Source: an uncultured Cytophagia bacterium
GTDB lineage: Bacteria; Zhuqueibacterota; Zhuqueibacteria; Residuimicrobiales; Oceaniaggregativiventaceae
Direction of reading: 5' to 3'
Length of the DNA stretch: 19,441 bases
Assembly: GCA_964413725.1 (NCBI GenBank)
Contig: CAYPUH010000004.1
Location: 7,896-27,336, forward strand
Shown here: in pieces, positions 1 through 8,100 of the stretch
How positions within the stretch are numbered: the stretch's first letter is position 1
Layout: each line of letters opens with the position of its first letter
Made by a program: the position numbers and the translations under genes
The notes under the pieces: generated by a model
What the model saw: only the letters and a program-made list of their open reading frames with translations
Databases searched by the model: none
What the model was told of the DNA's origin: nothing

Positions 1-511
1 AGATCCAGACACTGCCGAATCACATTTTCCAGAGAGATATCATCAGGATTGGGGTCAAATGCGTACAGGACCAGAATCACCCGTTGGAGTTTATTCATAA
101 CACTCGGACTGGGAAATTGCAGGATAGACGTTTCGTTCAGACCCTGGGGCAACGAGATTCTGGGTTTCATATACTCTACAAGCTCGTTCAGCTCCGATTG
201 AGTGGCAAGTTTACCAAACAGCAAGAGATAGATAATTTCGGGAAACCCATGCCGTTTTTCATCCTGAATCCCTTCAACCAGATCATGAATACGGATACCA
301 CGATAATAGAGTTCTCCCTCCACGGGTACCACATCTTCATCAACCTGCTTGGATCCGATGAGACTTGAAATTTTCGTCAGTCCCACAAGCACACCGGAGC
401 CGTCGTCATGACGCAACCCTCGTTTAACGCCATGCTTTGTGTACAATTCCCGATCTATTTCAACATGATGACGCAACTGATCCGCGACTTTGGTAACAAA
501 CGCATCTTTCA
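1..511 (-). CDS. Citrate synthase, N-terminal part (the gene continues beyond position 1)
   Basis: It is absent from the ORF track because it runs off the window. The minus-strand ATG at 511-509 has GAGAGG 7 nt upstream, and the frame stays open to position 1. The translation is MKDAFVTKVADQLRHHVEIDRELYTKHGVKRGLRHDDGSGVLVGLTKISS...VPVEGELYYRGIRIHDLVEG...FPEIIYLLLFGKLATQSELNEL...SVMNKLQRVILVLYAFDPNPDDISLENVIRQ. From memory, this matches the N-terminal region of the ~450-aa citrate synthases of Firmicutes and FCB bacteria. The + ORF 84..368 is its antisense shadow. Confidence 0.8.
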
Positions 512-629
512 TAGCCAAACCTCTCTACCGTTCCACTTGTCTCTTTACACCGAACGCTCAAAGGTTTCGAAATAATCCTTGCATGTGCATGGTGACCATA
601 CTAATTTATGGGGTGTATGAATGTTACCC

Positions 630-651
630 GGATTCTGTTTAGACAGAATCC
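630..651. repeat. Perfect inverted repeat GGATTCTGT-ttag-ACAGAATCC in the divergent intergenic region; possible operator
   Basis: Read directly: 9-bp arms at 630-638 and 643-651 with a 4-nt spacer. No T-run follows on either strand, so it does not look like a terminator. It lies between the divergently oriented citrate synthase and GxGYxYP-1 genes. Confidence 0.3.
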
Positions 652-828
652 AGACACAATCACCTTACCGCACATGCTCTGGTTGTAGAGTGATATATTA
701 ACCAGGTGATTAAATTATCATATTGGTTGTGTTGGGCATTCGCTACATAGCACCGAGTCCAGGTGTTGCTTTGACGGCGTTCATCGTTAAACGAACGCAT
801 ATCGTTATCTAACTTTACAGGAGGTTAT

Positions 829-2898
829 ATGTTGAAACGCATCTTGGTTGTTGCGATTATTCTGGCCGCTTCAATTTTCCTTCCTCTTCAGTCGGCTCTC
901 GGAGCCAAAGCGGATTTTTCAGGCACATGGGAACTGCTCCCGGATGAAAGCACTGAAATTGCGCTTTATGGTACACTCGATGTTACCTTTCAACTATCCG
1001 GGCAGGATCTCACCATCGTCCAGACATGGGGTAACCGACGGAGTTTTAGCGATACACTAGGACTCAAAACGGATGGAAATACCCATCGGGTAGAAATTCC
1101 TCATCGGGTTTTCCCCACCAATGTATTTATGGGCCTGTCCAAAACACCGGGTGCCTATCGGGAAATGTCGGCCGAATGGCTAAATGACGAAACACTGATC
1201 GTCAGGGAACAGGCGGGGGTCAGAGGATCACAAGGTATGACGTCTTATAGCGCGACGCATACCTATACCCTGGAAGAAAAGGGCGAAATTCTCGTCTATA
1301 ATATCGACCGCTCCACACGCAAAACCGGAGAGGGTATTCGCTATGTATTGAAACCCAAGGGCAGTAAAGAGGCATTTGTGATGCATCTGGAAGATGGGTG
1401 GAAACTGGACGGCAAGCTTCCTGTCAATGCCATGCTCATCAGCCTGCAGGGCGTCGTCAATAAAAATGGCCCCCATCTCTATTTCGTTTATCCCGACACA
1501 TGGCCCTTTACCTATACGGAATCGGTGTTCGATTACTATCACAAACAACGTCACTATACCTTTAAGCAGCTGAGAACAGCCGAACAGGCCCTGAACACGT
1601 TTAAAAACGACATCAAGGGATATGTCGTATGGGATCCGGAGGTCAGGACGTCTCTCATCGTCTCGTTTACCGTTGCGGGTCTTGAAGATGCAATCGTGAT
1701 TCATCCGGACCTGATCCCGATGGCAGAATCGTTTGAACTACAATCTGTAGAGGATTTCAGAGGACAATTCACCGGTATGAACGATGCTGAAATCTATAAA
1801 TGGGCCTATAATCAGTACTGGGATCAGTGTAACAAGGACTTTATCGTCTGGATGGGAGGTCCTCACGGTAACGTCATGCATCCCGGAGTAGCGGATTTTG
1901 GCATCCATAAAGAAATGTTTTTCAACGATCTTTCAACGCTCCCCTCGGATACAGCCGAATACGCCCTGGCGGACAAAATCCTCGGCGAACTCGATGACCA
2001 CGCCATGGTGATGGGATGGCATTCCTATGCCAAAGACAAGGAACGCGATCATGTAACCCTTACATCCAAACATGGTCACCGCGTATATGGTCTTCATTCA
2101 CTGCCCAATACCAGTTTCAATCATCACATACCCTTTTCACCGGACTTTGAACCTCGAAACAACCATCGTGTAGAACCCGGAAAAGAATATATTCCGGAAG
2201 ATAAAGTCTATATCACCTGCGTCCAGACCGATGGGATCGGAATTGGTTCATGGCTCAAACCCGGACGTGGTAAAATCCCCTATGCGTGGGAAGTAACCAT
2301 GAATACGATGTGGCTGGCTCCCGGCATGATGGAGTACTTTTTTAACATGAAGACCCCCAATGACTATTTTATCGGTGCCTTGTCCGGACCCGGCTATATG
2401 TACCCCAAGGCCGTTCCAGAACAGGATCTCAAGGAACTGGTCGCCATGGCTCAGGAATTTATGAATAAACTGGACATCCAGGTCTTTGAAATCATGGATT
2501 ATTCGGAAGGCGCGACGGTTGAGGGCAACACAGAGCTAACCAAAGACGTCGTAGATATCTATTACGAACACATGCCCGATGCCATCGGATTTCTGAATGG
2601 CTATGCACCTGCATTTACGTTTACCATCCAGAATGATCGTCCTCTGATTTCCTATGATTATTACCTGTCGCCGACACGAAGCGAAACAGAAGCTGCTGCC
2701 GATCTGGAAGAGTTGGCTGCCATCAACAGCAAACGACCTTATTTTTTGTTGATGCATGTCAGAGAATCCAGCGACGTACAGCGGGTGGTCGATATTCTCG
2801 ACCGGTTGGGACCGGAATTCGAAGTGGTTCCTCTTGATGTATTTATCAAGATGTCTTCGAATCGTCCCACGTTTGAAGAACGCTTTCTGGACCGCTAG
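829..2898 (+). CDS. Secreted GxGYxYP-family protein (putative glycoside hydrolase, function unknown), paralog 1, with an extra N-terminal lipocalin-like module
   Basis: A 689-aa ORF with AGGAGG at 819-824, 4 nt before the ATG. The N-terminus MLKRILVVAIILAASIFLPLQSALG-AK looks like an SPase I signal peptide. The family-defining motif G-P-G-Y-M-Y-P sits in LSGPGYMYPKAVP. The protein aligns end to end with the 8101..10173 product. A strong terminator follows. Confidence 0.9.
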   Translation: MLKRILVVAIILAASIFLPLQSALGAKADFSGTWELLPDESTEIALYGTLDVTFQLSGQDLTIVQTWGNRRSFSDTLGLKTDGNTHRVEIPHRVFPTNVFMGLSKTPGAYREMSAEWLNDETLIVREQAGVRGSQGMTSYSATHTYTLEEKGEILVYNIDRSTRKTGEGIRYVLKPKGSKEAFVMHLEDGWKLDGKLPVNAMLISLQGVVNKNGPHLYFVYPDTWPFTYTESVFDYYHKQRHYTFKQLRTAEQALNTFKNDIKGYVVWDPEVRTSLIVSFTVAGLEDAIVIHPDLIPMAESFELQSVEDFRGQFTGMNDAEIYKWAYNQYWDQCNKDFIVWMGGPHGNVMHPGVADFGIHKEMFFNDLSTLPSDTAEYALADKILGELDDHAMVMGWHSYAKDKERDHVTLTSKHGHRVYGLHSLPNTSFNHHIPFSPDFEPRNNHRVEPGKEYIPEDKVYITCVQTDGIGIGSWLKPGRGKIPYAWEVTMNTMWLAPGMMEYFFNMKTPNDYFIGALSGPGYMYPKAVPEQDLKELVAMAQEFMNKLDIQVFEIMDYSEGATVEGNTELTKDVVDIYYEHMPDAIGFLNGYAPAFTFTIQNDRPLISYDYYLSPTRSETEAAADLEELAAINSKRPYFLLMHVRESSDVQRVVDILDRLGPEFEVVPLDVFIKMSSNRPTFEERFLDR

Positions 2899-2905
2899 CA
2901 TATCC

Positions 2906-2946
2906 GGTGGATACCATCCAGGACTGGATGGTATCCACCTTTAAAT
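2906..2946 (+). terminator. Rho-independent terminator of GxGYxYP-1
   Basis: A perfect 16-bp inverted repeat, GGTGGATACCATCCAG (2906-2921) and CTGGATGGTATCCACC (2924-2939). It is followed by TTTAAAT and begins 8 nt after the TAG stop. Confidence 0.75.
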
Positions 2947-2982
2947 ACTCCCGCTTCTTTGCTCCAAGCAAACAAAAAGTAT

Positions 2983-3004
2983 TGGACAAAGATCTGTTTG
3001 TCCA
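2983..3004. repeat. Inverted repeat TGGACAAA-gatctg-TTTGTCCA upstream of the 701-aa ORF; possible operator or hairpin
   Basis: Read directly: 8-bp arms with a 6-nt spacer, about 75 nt upstream of the ATG at 3080. No T-run follows. Confidence 0.2.
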
Positions 3005-3079
3005 GTGTTTCTTGCGGGGTATCTTGTAACCGCTGAACATAAATATAGCTAGGACTCTTATCGATATACGGAATACCAC

Positions 3080-5185
3080 ATGATCATTCTCGACAGTTTA
3101 CAGAGCCATACCCTTCATCACCGACAAGGCGATCTGTTCAATCCACCCGCACTGACCAACTTTTTGGGATCCTGTCAGGCTGCATATGATATTATGGCTG
3201 TACGACACGTGACCTTTCCACCCTATTCCCAGGGAGACCAATGGCTGGGAGCCCTGACCATCAATTCTCAGACCGTCGCCAACTCTGGAAAACCACTGGC
3301 GTATCGTTGGCGACCGGATCGAATTTTGAGACAAATTCGTCTTGGGGAGCTGGATTTAAAGACAGAAACCGTGATGGTCCCCGACACCCAGGCCATCGCC
3401 CTTTCGCTCACCATACACAACACGTCGGTCCACTCTTGTCCGGTATCCATGCGCGTCCAGACAGGGGGAGGTGTTGTCGACTCTAGAGATGGATGGCACA
3501 CACCCTATTCACCCAAAGAAAGCCCAACCTATTCCATGTCACCATGGGAAGGAACCCCTCCAGCGGAAAACGAACGCGCAAATCGTCGCGACACCCTTTC
3601 GGATGGCACTGGCATTCTCTATCATTCCCGCTCGAGTCAGGCGGTATCATGTCAATGCGCCTGGCCTGGGCCGGACGGGATCGACAGAATGCATCTGGCC
3701 TTTGGGTTTGAACTGGCAGCGGGTGAAAGCCGAACTCTATATTTTTTGATTGCCATCGGGTCTGATCGACAGGACATTGAAAAGATCCGCCAACGGTGGC
3801 TCGAGGATCCCACAGCGCCCTTTCGGAATGCCACCCGGCTTTGGCAACAAACACTGGATGATGTCTTCCGACCGAACAATACACGCTTTAGCGGTAATCT
3901 TCCAGACTTTGCGACCGGGCATAAAGGGCTGCAGACCCTGTATCAGAATGCCATCCTCGGAGTCCTGTACATGTTGCGGGATCATCCCCTTTCAAGCTAT
4001 GGACGAACGTATATCACCTTGATGCCGGCATTTTGGGTGACCACCAGTTTTATCAATGACTGGTCACACAGTGCCCTGTTATTGGCCATGCTCGATCCGG
4101 AAACCCTGCGGCATCACCTGGAACGGTGGCTTGACCGGGATATTAATCAGCATTTCGGGACCGAGTATGTCTCGGGCCAGGATGCCGGAAACTGGTATTC
4201 CTGTAATGACTATGCCATGACCCGCCTGATAACCACCTATTTACGGGTCACCGGAGATTACGGCTGGCTCGACACCCGGGTCGGCGAGTCAACGGTTCTC
4301 GGCCACCTCAAAATACTGGCCCGTCACTATCAACAACTCGATCGGGGTACGGGACTAGCAGACTATGGGGACCGCAACAGCTTGCTCGAGTGCGTCTCCA
4401 GCTATACCCATGAGGTCGCTTCTCTAAATGCCGCGGCGGTTTGGATATTGCGGGAAACCGCCGATCTTTTGGACGTTCTGGGAGACTCTTTAACCGCCAC
4501 AGACTATCGCAACCGGGCATCTCAACAGGCACAAAACATCCAGGATCTTTACTGGGGTCAAAGTGGTTATTGGTCTTGCCGACAACCGGATGGCTCCCGG
4601 GTGCCGGTACGGCATGCCTGGGACTTTGGCCACGTGGGACGATTTCTCTTTGATGAGCTCCCGGCCGTTCAAATGCAGGAGATGATATCATTTTTTGAAA
4701 GCGAACTCAGGACAGAAACCTGGATGTCCGCTCTTTCACCACGGGATGAAGATGCATTCTTTTCTGTGCGACCGGATCATCAGTGGAATGGCTGTTATCC
4801 GGGCTGGGTCGCGGATGCTTTGCATGTATTGCACAAGGCCGGACGACAGGATGTGATCGAAAACTGGCTGCCCGGTTTGGCGATGAGCGCCAACCAAGGC
4901 CCTTATTCCCAGGGACATTTTGTCGAATTATTTTCCGACAGCGAATCCGGAGGGGCCCGAAAGGCACCCACCGAATGGCCCTATATCACCGACTGGGCCA
5001 TCTTATCCGTGGGCGGCTTTCTGGAATTTGTGGTGAGCGACATTTTTGGCGTCAACATGCAATGGAACGGATTGACAGCGCGCCCACAATTATCCCCCTG
5101 GGATCCGGAAGCCACCCTGAGCCATTTGCCGCATCAGGGCCAGTACTATACCATCACCGGCAGCGGAGCGCGGCCAGAATCCTGA
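3080..5185 (+). CDS. Hypothetical cytoplasmic protein, 701 aa. It may be a beta-sandwich plus (alpha/alpha)6 glycosidase-like fold, but that is unverified
   Basis: A long uninterrupted ORF with no signal peptide. It is rich in Trp and aromatic residues (e.g. NWYSCNDYAMTRLI, HAWDFGHVGRF, DHQWNGCYPGW), which to my eye resembles six-hairpin glycosidases, but I recognise no diagnostic family motif. There is no obvious SD before the ATG at 3080, so the start is uncertain. It is clearly more GC-rich than its neighbours. Confidence 0.8.
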   Translation: MIILDSLQSHTLHHRQGDLFNPPALTNFLGSCQAAYDIMAVRHVTFPPYSQGDQWLGALTINSQTVANSGKPLAYRWRPDRILRQIRLGELDLKTETVMVPDTQAIALSLTIHNTSVHSCPVSMRVQTGGGVVDSRDGWHTPYSPKESPTYSMSPWEGTPPAENERANRRDTLSDGTGILYHSRSSQAVSCQCAWPGPDGIDRMHLAFGFELAAGESRTLYFLIAIGSDRQDIEKIRQRWLEDPTAPFRNATRLWQQTLDDVFRPNNTRFSGNLPDFATGHKGLQTLYQNAILGVLYMLRDHPLSSYGRTYITLMPAFWVTTSFINDWSHSALLLAMLDPETLRHHLERWLDRDINQHFGTEYVSGQDAGNWYSCNDYAMTRLITTYLRVTGDYGWLDTRVGESTVLGHLKILARHYQQLDRGTGLADYGDRNSLLECVSSYTHEVASLNAAAVWILRETADLLDVLGDSLTATDYRNRASQQAQNIQDLYWGQSGYWSCRQPDGSRVPVRHAWDFGHVGRFLFDELPAVQMQEMISFFESELRTETWMSALSPRDEDAFFSVRPDHQWNGCYPGWVADALHVLHKAGRQDVIENWLPGLAMSANQGPYSQGHFVELFSDSESGGARKAPTEWPYITDWAILSVGGFLEFVVSDIFGVNMQWNGLTARPQLSPWDPEATLSHLPHQGQYYTITGSGARPES

Positions 5186-5261
5186 GTTCGGTCCCGGATT
5201 GTCCGGAAAATTGATGTATAAACCGATCTGTTTGAAACAGAACCCCAAAACGGGAGCTTTT

Positions 5262-5657
5262 ATGTTTGGATATCTTTTATTGCTGTTTATCGGACTTCCC
5301 CTCATTGAACTCGCACTGCTGATCAAAGTCGGTCAATGGCTGGGACTTGTACCCACTCTCGCCATCGTCATCCTCACCGGTATCATAGGCGCAACACTGG
5401 CGCGATGGCAAGGGTTCATCGTCTACTTGAAAATTCAGGAAGATCTGGCCGCTGGACAAATGCCAGCGGACAAAATGGTCGATGGCCTGATGATTCTGAT
5501 CGGCGGCGTGGTCTTGCTAACACCGGGGATCCTGACCGACATGTTCGGCTTTTGTCTTTTGATCCCTGCCATTCGACAACTCATCAAAAAATTGTTTCAA
5601 CGACGCTTTTCCCGGATGGTCGATCGCGGCGAAACCCGCATCTTTATCCAATTCTAA
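5262..5657 (+). CDS. fxsA: FxsA family inner-membrane protein
   Basis: The track ORF is 5199..5657. I prefer the ATG at 5262, which has GGGAG 5 nt upstream. The product MFGYLLLLFIGLPLIELALLIKVGQWLG...TLARWQG...GGVVLLTPGILTDMFGFCLLIPAIRQ matches the FxsA pattern, namely an FxxxPxxExxxxxxV N-terminus and the LLxPGxxTD motif. Confidence 0.85.
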   Translation: MFGYLLLLFIGLPLIELALLIKVGQWLGLVPTLAIVILTGIIGATLARWQGFIVYLKIQEDLAAGQMPADKMVDGLMILIGGVVLLTPGILTDMFGFCLLIPAIRQLIKKLFQRRFSRMVDRGETRIFIQF

Positions 5658-5761
5658 TAGACTCTGCCACACAGCCCGTTCGGGTTTCGATCAAACCCCT
5701 CATCGCCCAATCACGTTTCATGGAGCTGTAAGAGAATCAAAAGTATTAGAAAGGGCAACGT

Positions 5762-6880
5762 ATGAGATCATCTATCGAAAAAACCGTAACCGATCTTCTG
5801 TCACAAGCCAGCATCGAGATCAATGGATCTCAACCGTATGACATTCAAATTCATGACAATCGATTTTTCGCCCGGGTTTTTAAGGATGGTGAACTTGGAC
5901 TCGGAGAATCGTATATGGATGGTTGGTGGGATTGTGACAAACTGGACGAGATGATCCATCGTATTCTTGTGGCCAAACTCGAACATAAAGTCCGTAAAAG
6001 CCCCAAACTCGCTCTCATTGCCCTGCGTGCCAAACTGTTCAACCACCAGGCCCGCAGCCGTGCCTATCAGGTGGGAAAACGTCATTATGACCTGGGAAAT
6101 GATCTCTATACCTCGATGCTGGACAAACGATTGAATTACACATGCGGATACTGGAGGAATGCTCCGACGCTTGAAAAAGCACAGGGAGACAAACTGGACC
6201 TGGTCTGTCGCAAATTGAATCTACAGCCCGGCATGCACATTCTCGATCTGGGATGCGGATGGGGAGGTTTTGCCATCTATGCCGCGGAAAAATATGGGGC
6301 AAAAGTGGATGGTGTAACCGTCTCCAGACAACAGGTGGAACTGGGGCGAAAAATGATCGGGGATTTGCCCGTCAAGCTGGAGCTCAAGGATTATCGCGAT
6401 GTTGAAGGACAGTATGATCGAGTTATCTCTATCGGAATCATGGAACATGTGGGGCCCAAGAACTACCGGACCTATATGAAAACCGTGGATCGGTGTTTAA
6501 AGGATGACGGATATGGTTTCATCCATACCATCTCCAGCAATGTGAGCACGACGTATGTCAATCCATGGGTTGAAAAATATATCTTTCCAAATGGCATGTT
6601 GCCCTCTATGGCCCAGATGAGTAAGGCGATGGAAGGACTCTTTGTCATTGAAGACGTTCAGAACATTGGACCAGATTATGATCCAACACTGATGGCCTGG
6701 GCGGAGAACTTTGAAGCTGCCTGGCCCGATCTGAAGGAGACCTATGGCGATCGCTTTTATCGCATGTGGCGATTCTATCTCCTGAGTGCAGCTGGTGGCT
6801 TTCGCGCCCGATACAATCAATTATTCCAGATCGTATTCAATCGAGACCGTCACAAACAACCCGATTGTCGTATCCTTTAA
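5762..6880 (+). CDS. cfa: Cyclopropane-fatty-acyl-phospholipid synthase (SAM-dependent)
   Basis: The 372-aa product is collinear with E. coli Cfa as I recall it. Shared blocks include LGLGESYMDGWW-CD, HYDLGNDL, the SAM motif ILDLGCGWGG, MEHVGPKNY, PWxxKYIFPNG-LPS, DYDPTLMAW and YLLSAAGGFRAR. AAAGGG lies upstream of the ATG. Confidence 0.92.
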   Translation: MRSSIEKTVTDLLSQASIEINGSQPYDIQIHDNRFFARVFKDGELGLGESYMDGWWDCDKLDEMIHRILVAKLEHKVRKSPKLALIALRAKLFNHQARSRAYQVGKRHYDLGNDLYTSMLDKRLNYTCGYWRNAPTLEKAQGDKLDLVCRKLNLQPGMHILDLGCGWGGFAIYAAEKYGAKVDGVTVSRQQVELGRKMIGDLPVKLELKDYRDVEGQYDRVISIGIMEHVGPKNYRTYMKTVDRCLKDDGYGFIHTISSNVSTTYVNPWVEKYIFPNGMLPSMAQMSKAMEGLFVIEDVQNIGPDYDPTLMAWAENFEAAWPDLKETYGDRFYRMWRFYLLSAAGGFRARYNQLFQIVFNRDRHKQPDCRIL

Positions 6881-6919
6881 TCCAAAAACCCTGGTGCCCC
6901 CCGTCGGGACACCCCAGAG

Positions 6920-7906
6920 ATGGCTGTTATGAAATCCGTGGATATTATTATTGTGGGTGGTGGCCCTGCCGGAGCCTCCTGTGCCCGCACTTTGACAGCA
7001 GCTGGCAAAGACTGCCTTATTCTCGACAAGGCTGCCTTTCCCAGGCTCAAACTTTGCGCCGGGTGGATCACACCCGGGGTGTTCGATACATTGGGTGTTC
7101 GTCCGGACGAGTATCCGGGATCACTCACCGTATTCGATCACCTCAAAATACACATCCGCGGGCTGACCTTTCGCCGCAACAGTCGACAATATGCGATCCG
7201 GCGCATAGAGTTCGATCATTGGCTCCTGCAACGATCGAAAACCCCCGTACAACAGCATCGTGTGAAAAACATACGGGTGGAAAACGGAGCCTTTATACTG
7301 GATGAAACATTTCGCTGCCGAATCCTGGTCGGTGCCGGTGGAAGCCATTGCCCGGTATACAAAACCCTCTTTCAGAAAAAACGCCCGCGTCCCGCGAAAT
7401 CGGTTATCGTTACCCTGGAAACCGAATTTAAAGCCTCTCCCACAGAATCCGATTGTCATCTCTATTTCTTCCGAAACGGTTTGCCGGGGTATTCCTGGTA
7501 TGTTCCCAAAACCGGTAACATTCTGAACCTGGGTGTTGGCGGCATGAACCTGTCTCTGTTGAAGCGAAACGAAAATATCCGCGATCATTGGTCTCGTTTT
7601 GTCGAACATCTTCACAGCAAACACCGGCTATCCGGTGACATACCACAACCTTCTGCATATGTCTATCATCTGCGCTCAGAGGTGTCGCCCCATCCGGTGC
7701 AATCAGGACAAGCCTATCTAGCGGGGGATGCCGTGGGGCTGGCCACTGCCGATATGGGAGAAGGGATCGCTCCGGCAATCGCCAGTGGTCAGCGGACAGC
7801 ACGGTCTATCCTTAGCCGAATCCCCAATCGCTTTGATGACATCCCGCGTTTCAGTTCCCTCTGGCCCGAACCCCTCGTCCGTCTCGCCGATTGGATCAAA
7901 TTCTAG
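6920..7906 (+). CDS. FAD-dependent oxidoreductase, geranylgeranyl-reductase-like, unusually short at 328 aa
   Basis: It has an N-terminal Rossmann motif DIIIVGGGPAGASCA, then ILDK, IRRIEFDHWLL, LVGAGGSHCPV and LAGDAVGLATADMGEGIAPAIASG. This is the GDAxG...GEGI pattern of the GGR / p-hydroxybenzoate hydroxylase fold. It starts 39 nt after cfa. The alternative start is the ATG at 6929. Confidence 0.85.
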   Translation: MAVMKSVDIIIVGGGPAGASCARTLTAAGKDCLILDKAAFPRLKLCAGWITPGVFDTLGVRPDEYPGSLTVFDHLKIHIRGLTFRRNSRQYAIRRIEFDHWLLQRSKTPVQQHRVKNIRVENGAFILDETFRCRILVGAGGSHCPVYKTLFQKKRPRPAKSVIVTLETEFKASPTESDCHLYFFRNGLPGYSWYVPKTGNILNLGVGGMNLSLLKRNENIRDHWSRFVEHLHSKHRLSGDIPQPSAYVYHLRSEVSPHPVQSGQAYLAGDAVGLATADMGEGIAPAIASGQRTARSILSRIPNRFDDIPRFSSLWPEPLVRLADWIKF

Positions 7907-7974
7907 CCCCCGATGCCCACTCTTGTACGGCCTTTTGTCTTTTGGTTCCAGGCCCAAACCGGTTCAAAAACACC

Positions 7975-8003
7975 TTGAATTAGTGACAAATATATCGTAA
8001 ACT
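7975..8003 (+). promoter_or_regulatory. Sigma70-type promoter candidate for GxGYxYP-2 (TTGAAT-N17-TAAACT)
   Basis: The -35 TTGAAT is at 7975-7980, followed by a 17-nt spacer and the -10 TAAACT at 7998-8003. It lies about 98 nt upstream of the ATG at 8101. Confidence 0.4.
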
Positions 8004-8010
8004 TTTGTTT

Positions 8011-8022
8011 GTTTCATGAAAC
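8011..8022. repeat. Perfect 12-nt palindrome GTTTCATGAAAC at the predicted transcription start; possible operator
   Basis: Read directly. It lies 8 nt downstream of the candidate -10 element. Confidence 0.25.
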
Positions 8023-8100
8023 CAAATCACTCCCGCGGGATGTGCATGCCGTGGCTCTCATACCACCGACATTTTCCCAAAACCCAAAATAGAGGAGCTT

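Noticed and set aside
84-368. 94-aa + strand ORF from the track
   Set aside because: It lies entirely antisense to the much better supported citrate synthase frame, which is open from 511 to the window edge. It has no SD and no recognisable motifs, so I treat it as a shadow ORF.
2906-2939. DnaA-box-like TATCCAC / GTGGATA strings
   Set aside because: They are simply the two arms of the terminator hairpin. They match only 7 of 9 positions of TTATCCACA, and there is no cluster of boxes or AT-rich unwinding element nearby.
1228-2944. Alternative-frame ORFs over GxGYxYP-1 (1228..1704 -, 2536..2901 -, 2756..2944 +, and also 848..1060 +)
   Set aside because: They are nested in or antisense to a long ORF that has a conserved paralog. 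Their sequences look random, and one runs through the terminator hairpin.
3098-5326. Sixteen overlapping 60-143-aa ORFs in all other frames over the 701-aa gene
   Set aside because: They are a by-product of stop-codon depletion in a GC-rich gene. They have Arg/Pro/Gly-rich low-complexity translations and no SD. I use them only as evidence for the GC anomaly.
6766-7802. ORFs 6766..7305 +, 6877..7128 -, 7121..7624 -, 7302..7526 + and 7428..7802 -
   Set aside because: They overlap cfa and the flavoprotein gene in other frames or on the other strand, and have no motifs. They are shadow ORFs.
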